This document shows, one piece after another, positions 1 to 8,614 of a stretch of DNA of 26,125 bases (position 1 is the stretch's first letter; each line of letters starts with the position of its first letter). This DNA comes from Terriglobales bacterium (GTDB lineage Bacteria > Acidobacteriota > Terriglobia > Terriglobales > Acidobacteriaceae), in contig JBOGLL010000310.1 in the NCBI GenBank assembly GCA_050746065.1, positions 1 to 26,125 on the forward strand, in the 5' to 3' direction. The notes under the pieces were generated by a model that was not told the DNA's origin, did no database searches, and saw only the letters and a program-made list of their open reading frames with translations. The position numbers and the translations under genes were made by a program.

Positions 1-441
1 GCGCACGCGCGTCGGCGTCAACGTCCCGCCGGAAACCAGAGTGAACTCGATAGCCCCGCGCGCATCACGGGCCGTAGCCGGGTTGGAGTACCCGGAGCGG
101 TTGAAGTTGAGTTCCGTGCCTTTGGCGGCGGCGACCGCTGTCCCGATGATGGAGACGCCATTGGAGTCAATCAGGAAGCAGGTTCCGGTGGCGGTGCAGG
201 AATAAGTCGCCTGCCCCAGCAGAAGCAGGACGGGCTTGGAGAGCGTGATCGTAGAAGTGATGCTCTGCGCACCTTCCAAACCACGAGCGTCCATGACTCC
301 ACCTTCGGAAGGTAGCGCGTCATGGCAGGCTTGGATCTTTGCGCCGGCCGTGGCTCCACCAAAGTCAGCACAGGGAAGAACTTGGGCATTCCCGCTCTTG
401 AAAGCAGCAAGAAAAAATAACAGCAGCAGGAATCGATGCAT
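1..441 (-). CDS. Secreted probable right-handed beta-helix (pectin lyase-like) protein, 5' part only, runs off the left edge
   Basis: Hand translation from ATG at 441 is open to position 1: MHRFLLLLFFLAAFKSGNA|QVLPCADFGGATAGAKIQACHDALPSEGGVMDARGLEGAQSITSTITLSKPVLLLLGQATYSC... It has a signal peptide followed by a 'KIQA..DALP..GG.....' cap typical of beta-helix glycan enzymes. Absent from the ORF track because there is no stop in the window. Confidence 0.75.
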   Translation of the reverse strand, partial: MHRFLLLLFFLAAFKSGNAQVLPCADFGGATAGAKIQACHDALPSEGGVMDARGLEGAQSITSTITLSKPVLLLLGQATYSCTATGTCFLIDSNGVSIIGTAVAAAKGTELNFNRSGYSNPATARDARGAIEFTLVSGGTLTPTRVR

Positions 442-527
442 CTCAAGCCGCCTTGGAGGCTCGATTCGGGTAGCGATGGCGTAGCTCCCCGGGGCATTAT
501 GGTATCACGCACACCTTAGTACTCTCT

Positions 528-1613
528 CTAGGAGGCCTTGCTTCCTTCGTCGGCGACCAGGTCCCAGTTCAGAGGAGTACCGCGCGACACGTCGCGAGTC
601 GCACGCCGGCCCAGCACTTGTTTCAGGTGGCGCGGATGCAGGCCGTGTCCGGGGCGAATCGATCGCACATTCTCCTTCGTGAAGAGCTCGCCGGAGTGAA
701 TGTCTTCTACCACGAATAGCGAGCGGCGAAAGACGCGACTGGCCGCTTCTCGCTCTCCGACTCCGAAGTGCACTCGGCCCAGTGCCTTCTCGGCGAGGCG
801 CACACCTTCGACCAGGGCCTTGAACTCCGCGGGCTCGAGAGAAAAATCACTGTCCGGGCCCGGCGTTGCGCGCGAAAGGGTAAGGTGCTTTTCGATGATG
901 CAGGCGCCCAGGGCGGCGGCCGCCACGGCGACTTCGTGGCCCAGAGTATGGTCGGACAGGCCCACAGGCAGCCCCAGCCGCTGCGCGAGCTCAGGTATGG
1001 TGCGCAGATTCATCTCTTCCGGCGGCGCCGGGTAGGCGCTGGTGCACTTCAGCAGGGCGATCTGCGCGGCCCCGGCCCGGCGGGCCGTTGCCACCGCTTC
1101 CTCGATCTCCTCGAGTGTGGCCATGCCGGTGGACATGATCAGCGGCTTGCCGGTGCGTGCCATGTGCTCGATCAGGGGCAGGTCCACCAGTTCGAACGAC
1201 GCTACCTTGTGTGCGCACACTTCCATGCCTTCCAGGAAATCCACAGCGGAGGGATCGAAGGCGCTGGAAAACAGGTCCAAACCAAGCTGGTCTGCCAGGT
1301 CTTTTAGCTTGGGCTGCCATTCCCAAGGCGTGTAAGCTTCGCGATAAAGGTCGTGCAAGGTGCGACCGTCCCAGAGGGTACCACCCCCGATGCGGAAGAA
1401 TTCGCTATCGGAGCGGAGAGTAATCGTATCGGCAGTGTAGGTTTGCAGTTTGACCGCGTCGGCGCCGGCGTGCTTTGCGGCCTCGAGCAGCGCGACGGCA
1501 TTCTCAAACTTTTGCCCGTGGTTGGCGGACATCTCCGCCACCAAATAAGCGGGCTGGCCGGGACCGATGGTCCTTCCACGGATTTCAATCGAGGGAAGCA
1601 AGCTGCGGACCAT
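528..1613 (-). CDS. pseI: Pseudaminic acid synthase (NeuB family, C-terminal SAF domain)
   Basis: AEMSANH, AVKLQTY, KVASFE, STGMAT, LKCTSAYPA, GLSDHT, IEKH, DSDFSLEP and FRRSL...RSIRPGHGL motifs; pse gene context. Confidence 0.93.
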   Translation of the reverse strand: MVRSLLPSIEIRGRTIGPGQPAYLVAEMSANHGQKFENAVALLEAAKHAGADAVKLQTYTADTITLRSDSEFFRIGGGTLWDGRTLHDLYREAYTPWEWQPKLKDLADQLGLDLFSSAFDPSAVDFLEGMEVCAHKVASFELVDLPLIEHMARTGKPLIMSTGMATLEEIEEAVATARRAGAAQIALLKCTSAYPAPPEEMNLRTIPELAQRLGLPVGLSDHTLGHEVAVAAAALGACIIEKHLTLSRATPGPDSDFSLEPAEFKALVEGVRLAEKALGRVHFGVGEREAASRVFRRSLFVVEDIHSGELFTKENVRSIRPGHGLHPRHLKQVLGRRATRDVSRGTPLNWDLVADEGSKAS

Positions 1614-3105
1614 CCTTCTCTAGTACCAAATGTAAAGCAAGTTGCCCTCGCACTGGCGTGTCGTCCAGCCTCCGGTAGCCGGCATTTTCAAATGCCCGTA
1701 GTGAGATCCGATTCGTGGGCTTGATGTAAGCATGGAGCCTCGTCACCGGAGCCAGGCCGAAGACTTCACGCTCCGCCAGTTTCAGCAGGCGGGTTCCATA
1801 GGCGAGGCCTCGCGCCTCGCTCGCCAGATTCACGGAAGCTACCGCGTGCGCCCCTTCGATGTCAAAGCGGACCATACCCACTGACCGTTCGTGGCGATCG
1901 GCAGCAATTAGCAGGAGGCATGCCGGATCGGAGAGCTTGGCGCGGAACCAGCGCTGATGATCATCCCAGGGAATGAGTTCGGAGGAAAAGGAGTTGGCGC
2001 GCGTATCCGGGTCGTTGGCCCATTCCCACAGCAGCCGGCAGTCTTGCTCGGTGGCGCGGCGAAGCCGCAACGGCGGGCCAGCCAGGATTTCCACCACGCG
2101 CTCTGCGCCCCGGCCATCCACGAGCGATTGGCCCGCCTGAGACATGCGCAGGCGACGCGGGTGATCGTCAAGCAGGCCGCGAACCGTGCTTGCGATGGCG
2201 TCTGCCGACAGGGCCTCGGGAACGCCCAGTCGGATGCCGACCCCGCTCTCGTCGAGAGCCTGTGCCGCCAAGCGCTGATTCTCGGCCAGGGTAAGGAGTA
2301 CCGTCGGCAGGCCCATAAACGCCAGTTCCAAACTCGTGACGCCGGCGGAGGAAACCGCTAGATCGGCCCAGGCCATCAGTTCGGTGATGTCTCCCGGGTC
2401 CTTCGCGATGCGACTGCGGTGCAAGCTTTCTGCCAAAGACTCCAGCTCCTGGAGGTGGGGATTGCTGCCTCCAACGATTGCCATACATTCACAACCGGCG
2501 GGTTCAAGGTCGCGGAGGACACGGCTGGTCACGTTGCGCGGGTCGGCGCCTCCCAGGGTGACCAGAACCTTGTTTGCGCCCTGCGCGATGATGCGTTCCC
2601 AGTCCCGCCACCGGGAAAACTCCCGTCGCAACAGAACGTAGCGCCCACCCAGCAACAGGCGCGTGCCTGCCCCGCGGCGCTCATAGAGCGCAGCACTGGC
2701 ACACGGATTCGAATTGAGAACGACGTCGGCGGAGTCGTAAGGGTCCGCATGACCGTAGTCATCGATGAGGAGCAGGTGCAAGCCTGACTTCTTGAGGGCG
2801 GCCTGGTAGTCCGACACGAACTGGTAGCCGTCGGTGACGATCCACTCCGCGCCCCGCTCGCGAGCCAGCCGAGAACACTCCACAGCGTCAGCGACGCTTC
2901 CAGCCTCGGCATTCATGCGCACGAACTCGACATTCTCCGCGTGGAGGCGGCAGGCGAGCGATGGCGTTATTTCTGCGCAAGCGAACAGGCAATGACCGCC
3001 AGCATCCTGCCATGCCTGGGCCAGCGCCAGACAGCGCATCACATGACCGGTGCCGATTGCTCGGCTTGCGTCGGTGCGCATCACCAGCGGGGGCAGGGAG
3101 GTCAC
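1585..3105 (-). CDS. pseG: UDP-2,4-diacetamido-2,4,6-trideoxy-beta-L-altropyranose hydrolase (PseG) fused to a C-terminal GNAT acetyltransferase (PseH-like)
   Basis: RTDAS..IGTGHVMRCLALA, TDGY, IDD, LVTLGGAD, AGVTSLE, AENQ and DGRGAERV, then LRRAT..D..LLWEWAND...GMVRFD...RGLAYG...N..S..AFE.AGY. Start placed at GTG 3105, overlapping the SDR stop (GTGA); the ORF-track extension to 3513 lies inside the SDR gene. Confidence 0.9.
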   Translation of the reverse strand: MTSLPPLVMRTDASRAIGTGHVMRCLALAQAWQDAGGHCLFACAEITPSLACRLHAENVEFVRMNAEAGSVADAVECSRLARERGAEWIVTDGYQFVSDYQAALKKSGLHLLLIDDYGHADPYDSADVVLNSNPCASAALYERRGAGTRLLLGGRYVLLRREFSRWRDWERIIAQGANKVLVTLGGADPRNVTSRVLRDLEPAGCECMAIVGGSNPHLQELESLAESLHRSRIAKDPGDITELMAWADLAVSSAGVTSLELAFMGLPTVLLTLAENQRLAAQALDESGVGIRLGVPEALSADAIASTVRGLLDDHPRRLRMSQAGQSLVDGRGAERVVEILAGPPLRLRRATEQDCRLLWEWANDPDTRANSFSSELIPWDDHQRWFRAKLSDPACLLLIAADRHERSVGMVRFDIEGAHAVASVNLASEARGLAYGTRLLKLAEREVFGLAPVTRLHAYIKPTNRISLRAFENAGYRRLDDTPVRGQLALHLVLEKDGPQLASLD

Positions 3106-3878
3106 CACGCCGTAAAACCTCCATCCGCCATCATCCCTCCACCCGTGATGTAAGAAGCTTCCTCGGAAGAGAGGAAGGCCACAGCGGCGGCGATTTCTTC
3201 TGGAGTGGCCATTCGTCCGAGCATGGTTTTTGCGGAGTAGTTGCGCACGAATTCCTCCGATTGCCGCGCGGGTGCACGCATTCCTCCGGGGACCAGCGCA
3301 TTGACCCGCACTCCTCTGGAACCCCACTGCGCCGCCATCCAGTGCGTCAGTCCTAGCAAGGCTGCTTTGGCGGCAGCGTACTGCGGTGGCGTCGTAAGCA
3401 TGCCCGATGGATAGACGCCCGCGTCGACTCCTGCGACAGCATAGATCGAAGAAAGCAAGACAATACTGGCTGGCCCCCTTCCCCCCAGGCGTTCGACCAT
3501 CTCCCGAGCGCACAGGAAGTGGCCGGCCACATCGACTGCGTACAACGTGCCAAAGCTTTCGTGGGAAAGTTCCGGCAGGGGTGTTGCCAGGCCCTCCCGC
3601 TGCGAGGCGTTGCAGACCAGAATCGTAGGCGGCGCCGCGGCTCTCGCTAGCGCATCGAAGCCGGCGCGAATGCTGTCGGCACGCGACAAGTCAAGTTGCA
3701 GGGGAACGAAACGCAAGCTCGGGTTCGCCTGGGCGTGAATCCAAGCTTCTGCCCTCGATTTTTCTCGCGAAGCCACGCCAACGATCACGCCCTCCTCGGC
3801 GAGCCGGCCGCAGACAGCAGAACCGAGCAGCCCGGTCGCGCCCGTTACCAGGGCAACGTGATCCTTGAGCCCCCTCAT
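3102..3878 (-). CDS. Short-chain dehydrogenase/reductase (PtmA-like, nonulosonate-pathway associated)
   Basis: TGATGLLG Rossmann motif, SSIY, YAAAK (YxxxK), VRVNALVPGG, ASYITG...DGG; ATG 3878 overlaps the upstream stop (ATGA). Confidence 0.88.
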   Translation of the reverse strand: MRGLKDHVALVTGATGLLGSAVCGRLAEEGVIVGVASREKSRAEAWIHAQANPSLRFVPLQLDLSRADSIRAGFDALARAAAPPTILVCNASQREGLATPLPELSHESFGTLYAVDVAGHFLCAREMVERLGGRGPASIVLLSSIYAVAGVDAGVYPSGMLTTPPQYAAAKAALLGLTHWMAAQWGSRGVRVNALVPGGMRAPARQSEEFVRNYSAKTMLGRMATPEEIAAAVAFLSSEEASYITGGGMMADGGFTAW

Positions 3879-4573
3879 GGCCTGGGCTCCGACAGCAGAA
3901 GCTCGCACAATCTGGCCTCCAAAGCCGTGGCTACATGCACGGACCGCTCGGCTGGTGTCTCATAGAGACCCAAAGACGGACCGAAGAAATGTCCGGTGCG
4001 CCGGAGTGCTTGGAGGCGCGCAACCTTGACCGACCCATTCGGAGAGTACACGGTGGGCAGTAAAGGGCGCTCCTTCAAGTACCTGTCGCCAAAGTACAAC
4101 CGGCCGCTGCCGTCTTCCGTCCTCACAACCGCCCAATGGAAAAAGTGCGGGTCCACGGGAGTAACGCTGACCAGAGATTCGTATCCGCCGCGGAAGAAAG
4201 TTTCCACCGCGCCACGGATGTCCTCAGGGGAGCGCAGTGGCGAACTGGGCTGCAGGCAGAGCAGGGCTTCGACCGCCCGACCCTGCTCCGCCAGGTAAGT
4301 CGCCAAGTGCTGGCAGGGAACATGGGAGGCGACCAGATCGCCGCACAATTCCGGCGGCGCAAGGATAGGGACCTGCGCGCCATAGCGATGTGCCGTCTCG
4401 GCAATCTCCGGGTCTTCGGTACAAACGAACACCGAGGAAAACAATCCGCTCGCCCGGGCTGCTTCAATGGAATAGGCGAGCATCGGTTTACCCTGCAGGG
4501 GCAGGAGGTTTTTGCGGGGAAGGCGCTTGCTTCCTCCGCGAGCCGGAATGGCGCACAAGAGGGTCTCAGTCAT
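3875..4573 (-). CDS. Acylneuraminate cytidylyltransferase family protein, paralogue 2 (NeuA/PseF-like, lacks DID)
   Basis: IPARGGSKRLPRKNL and LQPSSPLR motifs; C-terminal SVHVAT where the family has SIDIDT; ATG 4573 overlaps the upstream gene by 8 nt. Confidence 0.85.
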   Translation of the reverse strand: MTETLLCAIPARGGSKRLPRKNLLPLQGKPMLAYSIEAARASGLFSSVFVCTEDPEIAETAHRYGAQVPILAPPELCGDLVASHVPCQHLATYLAEQGRAVEALLCLQPSSPLRSPEDIRGAVETFFRGGYESLVSVTPVDPHFFHWAVVRTEDGSGRLYFGDRYLKERPLLPTVYSPNGSVKVARLQALRRTGHFFGPSLGLYETPAERSVHVATALEARLCELLLSEPRP

Positions 4574-5333
4574 CGGGGACTCTTCCGGGGAAGGGACTTC
4601 GGGATACAGGCTCGAGAGGCGATCTACCATCCCTTGCCTCGAGGCCGCGGGCGATCACCTCCGCCAAAGCCAGTTCTTCGGCATCGTCAATGTCGAGGCC
4701 GCGGTCGGCGTCCATTTCCACCAAGTGGAAAGGCGGCCCGTAGAAGCAGCACTGCCTTCTAAAGGCGGCAATCCGGGTCCACCAGATGGCGCCGGTGGCG
4801 CAAAAGGCATGCTTCAACTCCTGACTGCGGATTCTGTATTGCTCGCCGAAGTACAACCTCCCGTGCCCGGATTCGTCTTCCACCAAGGCCCAGTGTGGAT
4901 AGGTCCCACGATAGCGTACTACGGAGATCTGAAATGCCCGCTCGCCGTGCCGAAAAAGGTCGTAGAGCCGAACAATATCCTGGCTCCGACGCAAGGGGCA
5001 GTTGGGCATCAACTGACAAAGGGTTTCTGGTCTGGCGCTTCCCGCGGCAAGTGTGTCGAGCACGTGCAAGGCGACCCCTTCGAGACTCGCGGTATCCGAG
5101 GCCAACTCCGCAGGACGCAGCAGGAACTCGGCGCCGTACCAAGTGGCGATGTCACCCACAAGGGGGTCGTCGGAGGAAACCACGACCCGGCTGAACAGCC
5201 TGCTGTTCTGCGCTGCGGCGATGGCATAGGCCAACATGGGGTGGCCGAAGAAGCGACGGATGTTCTTGTAGGGAAGGCGCTTCGAGCCTCCGCGGGCGGG
5301 GATCACGGCCATGGCTCCGGACGCATCAGGCAA
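4566..5333 (-). CDS. Acylneuraminate cytidylyltransferase family protein, paralogue 1 (NeuA/PseF-like)
   Basis: IPARGGSKRLPYKNI, VSSDD, LMPNCPLR and GLDIDD motifs; start is TTG 5333 or ATG 5312. Confidence 0.85.
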   Translation of the reverse strand: MPDASGAMAVIPARGGSKRLPYKNIRRFFGHPMLAYAIAAAQNSRLFSRVVVSSDDPLVGDIATWYGAEFLLRPAELASDTASLEGVALHVLDTLAAGSARPETLCQLMPNCPLRRSQDIVRLYDLFRHGERAFQISVVRYRGTYPHWALVEDESGHGRLYFGEQYRIRSQELKHAFCATGAIWWTRIAAFRRQCCFYGPPFHLVEMDADRGLDIDDAEELALAEVIARGLEARDGRSPLEPVSRSPFPGRVPDD

Positions 5334-6330
5334 GGCGAATCCGCCTCCCCGCGGCGGCCGACGCGCGTGCTGCCAGCACCACCTTCAGAGTCTGGCGCGC
5401 TTGCACCAGGCCCGACAGCGATTCCTGCCCGTGCTCTATCGAGTCCAGGAAGTGCAGCAGCTCCGCCACGTACATCTGGTTGGCCTCGAACTCATGCGTG
5501 AAAACTACTGATCGCTTGTCCGCCACGCGATACAACCGTACCTGGTTTTCCGTGTAGTCCCACTCCAAAGTCCCTTCGGTTCCCGCCAGCTTGCAGCCGC
5601 GGGAATAACGCCTCTGAACACAGTCCAAATGGACGCAGGCCTGGGTACCCCCGGCAAAACGGAGCAACAGGTCGGCGCAGTCTTCGACGTCCATTTCGAG
5701 GTTGCTCACCTTGCCGGTCAGGCAGGACACTTCCAGAGGCTCGCCCAGCAGCCACAAGGTGTAATCGATTTCGTGGGATCCGTCGAGCAGCATGCCACCG
5801 CCCAAGGCCCGCTGTGCCGTATAGTTCAGGCGGTAATCCTGCTGCGGCCGCCAATCCGGGAGATACTGCCCGAACTCGGCGCGCGCCCATAGCACGCGCC
5901 CGATGGCTCCCGCATCGAGTTGTTGCTTGAGGTGCTGCAGACCCGGATGGTGGCGCAGGTTGTATCCCACCTGGACGACGCGGCCCCGGCCTTGGGAAAG
6001 GAGCTCGTCCACTCCGTGTTCGGAGTGGGACAGCGGCTTTTCGATGAACACATGCGCGCCGCAGGCCAGTGCGTGCCGTGCCTGGTCCACATGACAGACC
6101 GGAGGCGTGCAGACCAGCACCGCTTGGGGGCGGAACTCATCCAGCGAGTGCTCCAGGTCGGCGAACGTCTTTCCTTCGAGTTCGCGAGCTACGCGTTCCC
6201 GCCGCCCGGCGTCCGGATCGCAGGCCGCCAGAGGCTCGACGCCCAGTGCCCTAAGATTACTCAAATGGCGCCATCCGATGGAACCGGCTCCCACCACCAA
6301 CGTCGCTAGCTTCCGGGGGCGCGCGCTCAT
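5326..6330 (-). CDS. Gfo/Idh/MocA family NAD(P)-dependent oxidoreductase (PtmF-like)
   Basis: VGAGSIG.RH, FIEKPL, VGYNLR, YLPDWRP..DYR..Y and GGG.LLDGSHEID motifs. Confidence 0.88.
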   Translation of the reverse strand: MSARPRKLATLVVGAGSIGWRHLSNLRALGVEPLAACDPDAGRRERVARELEGKTFADLEHSLDEFRPQAVLVCTPPVCHVDQARHALACGAHVFIEKPLSHSEHGVDELLSQGRGRVVQVGYNLRHHPGLQHLKQQLDAGAIGRVLWARAEFGQYLPDWRPQQDYRLNYTAQRALGGGMLLDGSHEIDYTLWLLGEPLEVSCLTGKVSNLEMDVEDCADLLLRFAGGTQACVHLDCVQRRYSRGCKLAGTEGTLEWDYTENQVRLYRVADKRSVVFTHEFEANQMYVAELLHFLDSIEHGQESLSGLVQARQTLKVVLAARASAAAGRRIRLA

Positions 6331-7529
6331 CTTGCGTAACAGGAAACCACCTTGCGCAGGCCGACGATCACGTCCTCGACGTCCTGATCGGTCATGCTGG
6401 GGAACATGGGCAAGCTGATTAGCCGTGCGGCGGCGTCTTCGGCTACAGGGAACTCGCCGCCCGAATATCCGAATCGCTCCCGGTAGTAGCGGTGCAAGTG
6501 CACGGGCGTGTAGTGGACGTTGACGCCGATGTTCTCCGCTCGTAGCGCCCTCAGGACATCATCGCGGCCGGCGCGCAGCTTCGTCGGATTGACCCGGATG
6601 GGATACAGGTGCCAGGAAGGATTCGTGTTGTCCCGAGCGACCAGGGTCGCGACGCCCTCTAGGCTACGGAATGCCGCTTGATAACGGGCGGCAATGTGGC
6701 GCCGACGAGCGAGGTTGGCAGGTAATTTCCGCAACTGCATGAGCCCCAAAGCGCTGGCGAAGTCCGTCAGCCGGTAGTTGTAGCCCAGTAAGACCATCTG
6801 GTACTGAAACCGGCCCAGTTGTTGGCGCTCGCGGGCTTCGCTGTCGATGCCATGGTTGCGAAACATGCGCAGGCGGGCAGCGATGGCACCGTCGCTCGTG
6901 GTCACCATTCCGCCTTCTCCTGTGGTGATGTGCTTGGCTGGGTGAAAACTGAACACCGCCATGTGCCCGTGGCTTCCCACGCGCAGGTGTTTATACTCGG
7001 CGCCCAGGGCGTGGCAGGCATCTTCGATCACCACCAGCCGGTGCTCACGAGCGAGCGCGATGATGGCATCGAGATCCGCAGGCTGGCCGGCGTAGTCCAC
7101 CGGCAGGACGGCCTTCGTGCGGGACGTGATTGCGCGCGCGATGCTTTCCGGGTCGATGTTCAGGGTATCCGGCCGGATCTCGGCGAAAACCGGTGTAGCG
7201 CCCTGGTAAAGCACGGAATTCGCCGTGGCGCAGAAAGTCAGCGGGGTGGTAATCGCCTCATCCGAGGGCCCGAGGCCGGCGGCGAAGGCAGCGGCGTGCA
7301 GCGCTGCCGTACCCGAGCTGAAGCTGACGGCATGAGCGCTGCCAACATAGTCGGCGAACGCCCGTTCGAACTCCGGGACCTTGGGTCCGGTCGTGATCCA
7401 CTCGGAGGAAAGGACTTCGGCGACGTGCTCGATCTCGTCGCGATCAATTGCCTGACGAGCGTACGGCAGCAGCGCCTTGCGCACCGGCTGTCCGCCCTGC
7501 AAGGCCAGGGTCTCGCTTTGCGTTGGCAC
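6327..7529 (-). CDS. pseC: UDP-4-amino-4,6-dideoxy-N-acetyl-beta-L-altrosamine transaminase (DegT/PLP family)
   Basis: LPYARQ.I, SSGTAALH, EDACHALG, FSFHPAKHITTGEGG, GYNYRLTD and VNVHY.P motifs. Start is probably GTG 7529 (GAGGA SD upstream); TTG 7550 is the alternative. Confidence 0.9.
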   Translation of the reverse strand: MPTQSETLALQGGQPVRKALLPYARQAIDRDEIEHVAEVLSSEWITTGPKVPEFERAFADYVGSAHAVSFSSGTAALHAAAFAAGLGPSDEAITTPLTFCATANSVLYQGATPVFAEIRPDTLNIDPESIARAITSRTKAVLPVDYAGQPADLDAIIALAREHRLVVIEDACHALGAEYKHLRVGSHGHMAVFSFHPAKHITTGEGGMVTTSDGAIAARLRMFRNHGIDSEARERQQLGRFQYQMVLLGYNYRLTDFASALGLMQLRKLPANLARRRHIAARYQAAFRSLEGVATLVARDNTNPSWHLYPIRVNPTKLRAGRDDVLRALRAENIGVNVHYTPVHLHRYYRERFGYSGGEFPVAEDAAARLISLPMFPSMTDQDVEDVIVGLRKVVSCYAR

Positions 7530-8511
7530 CGGTATCCTCGAGGAGGGCAAGCATCTGCCCAGGGGTCAACCATCGCTGGTTGGTATCGCTGGTGTAGCGG
7601 AAGCCGTCCGGCACAGGTTTGGCGTGGGCCCAGTTTTCCGGACGCCACCAGTGGTGGGGTGGAAGGATGACGTACATGTCGTCGGTCTCGATCGCCAGGC
7701 GCGCCTCATCCTCCGAGACCAGCACTTCGTGCAACTTCTCTCCCGGGCGGATGCCGACATACTCGATGTCGGAGCCCGGGGCCAGGGTGCGCGCCAACTC
7801 CACGATGCTCATGCTGGGCACTTTGGGTACAAAGATCTCGCCACCGTGCATCAGCTCGATGCAGCGCAGCACGAAGTGCACTCCCTGCTGCAGCGTGAGC
7901 CAGAAGCGCGTCATGCGCCGGTCGGTCACCAAGAGGCGGCCGTTCTTGTGCTGCTCCTGGAAAAGGGGGATTACACTGCCGCGGCTCCCGAGTACGTTGC
8001 CGTACCGCGCCACACTGAAGCGGCACCCGGTCTCGCCCGAATAGGCGTTCCCGTGGATGAAGAGCTTTTCGGCGCACAATTTGGTGGCGCCGTAGAGGTT
8101 GACGGGGTTAACGGCCTTGTCTGTGCTGACGGCCACGGCCCGGCGCACCCCTTTGTCTATGGCCGCGTCGATGACGTTCCTGGCCCCGACCACATTCGTC
8201 TGAATGGCCTCGATGGGGTTGTACTCGCAGGCCGGGACCTGCTTGAGGGCAGCCGCATGGACCACGATGTCCACGTCGGCAAAGGCCCGGTACAGCCGGT
8301 CGCGGTCGCGGACGTCGCCGATAAAGTAGCGCATGGGGGAGTTAGCGCCGTCTGGGTGCATCTGCCGCATCTCATGCTGCTTGAGCTCGTCGCGGCTGAG
8401 GACAATCAGCTTCTTCGGCCGGTGCTCCCGCAGGACAGTGTCCACGAAGGCGCGGCCGAAGGACCCCGTTCCACCCGTCACCAGCACGACCTGATCGTCG
8501 AGAAAGCCCAT
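7444..8511 (-). CDS. pseB: UDP-N-acetylglucosamine 4,6-dehydratase (inverting)
   Basis: TGGTGSFG, SRDELKQ, HAAALKQVP, STDKA.NP.NLYGATK, RYGNV.GSRGSV, MTRFW and GIRPGEKLHE motifs; GGAG SD before ATG 8511. Confidence 0.95.
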   Translation of the reverse strand: MGFLDDQVVLVTGGTGSFGRAFVDTVLREHRPKKLIVLSRDELKQHEMRQMHPDGANSPMRYFIGDVRDRDRLYRAFADVDIVVHAAALKQVPACEYNPIEAIQTNVVGARNVIDAAIDKGVRRAVAVSTDKAVNPVNLYGATKLCAEKLFIHGNAYSGETGCRFSVARYGNVLGSRGSVIPLFQEQHKNGRLLVTDRRMTRFWLTLQQGVHFVLRCIELMHGGEIFVPKVPSMSIVELARTLAPGSDIEYVGIRPGEKLHEVLVSEDEARLAIETDDMYVILPPHHWWRPENWAHAKPVPDGFRYTSDTNQRWLTPGQMLALLEDTGANAKRDPGLAGRTAGAQGAAAVRSSGN

Positions 8512-8580
8512 TGTTCTCCGACACCGCGCGTTTTCCAACGCCTTGGGGGCGCAGTGTCCTGACTGACCTCAAGGGCAGCG

Positions 8581-8586
8581 ATTATA
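8581..8586 (-). promoter_or_regulatory. Candidate -10 element (TATAAT) for the pse operon
   Basis: Perfect TATAAT on the minus strand about 70 nt upstream of pseB in an AT-rich patch; no convincing -35. Confidence 0.45.
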
Positions 8587-8614
8587 CATTAGTAACTTCG
8601 TGAACCTGAGCCCG

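Noticed and set aside
171..512. ORF-track 113-aa minus-strand and 82-aa plus-strand ORFs
   Set aside because: They overlap the better-supported signal-peptide ORF 441..1 in other frames and have no recognisable features
3106..3513. Apparent long N-terminal extension of PseG (642-aa ORF)
   Set aside because: It lies within the SDR gene in another frame; PseG similarity starts at the GTGA overlap
7477..8562. Long antisense ORFs (also 4512-5501, 13242-14870, 17688-18683, 19539-20780)
   Set aside because: Shadow ORFs expected opposite GC-rich genes; no motifs
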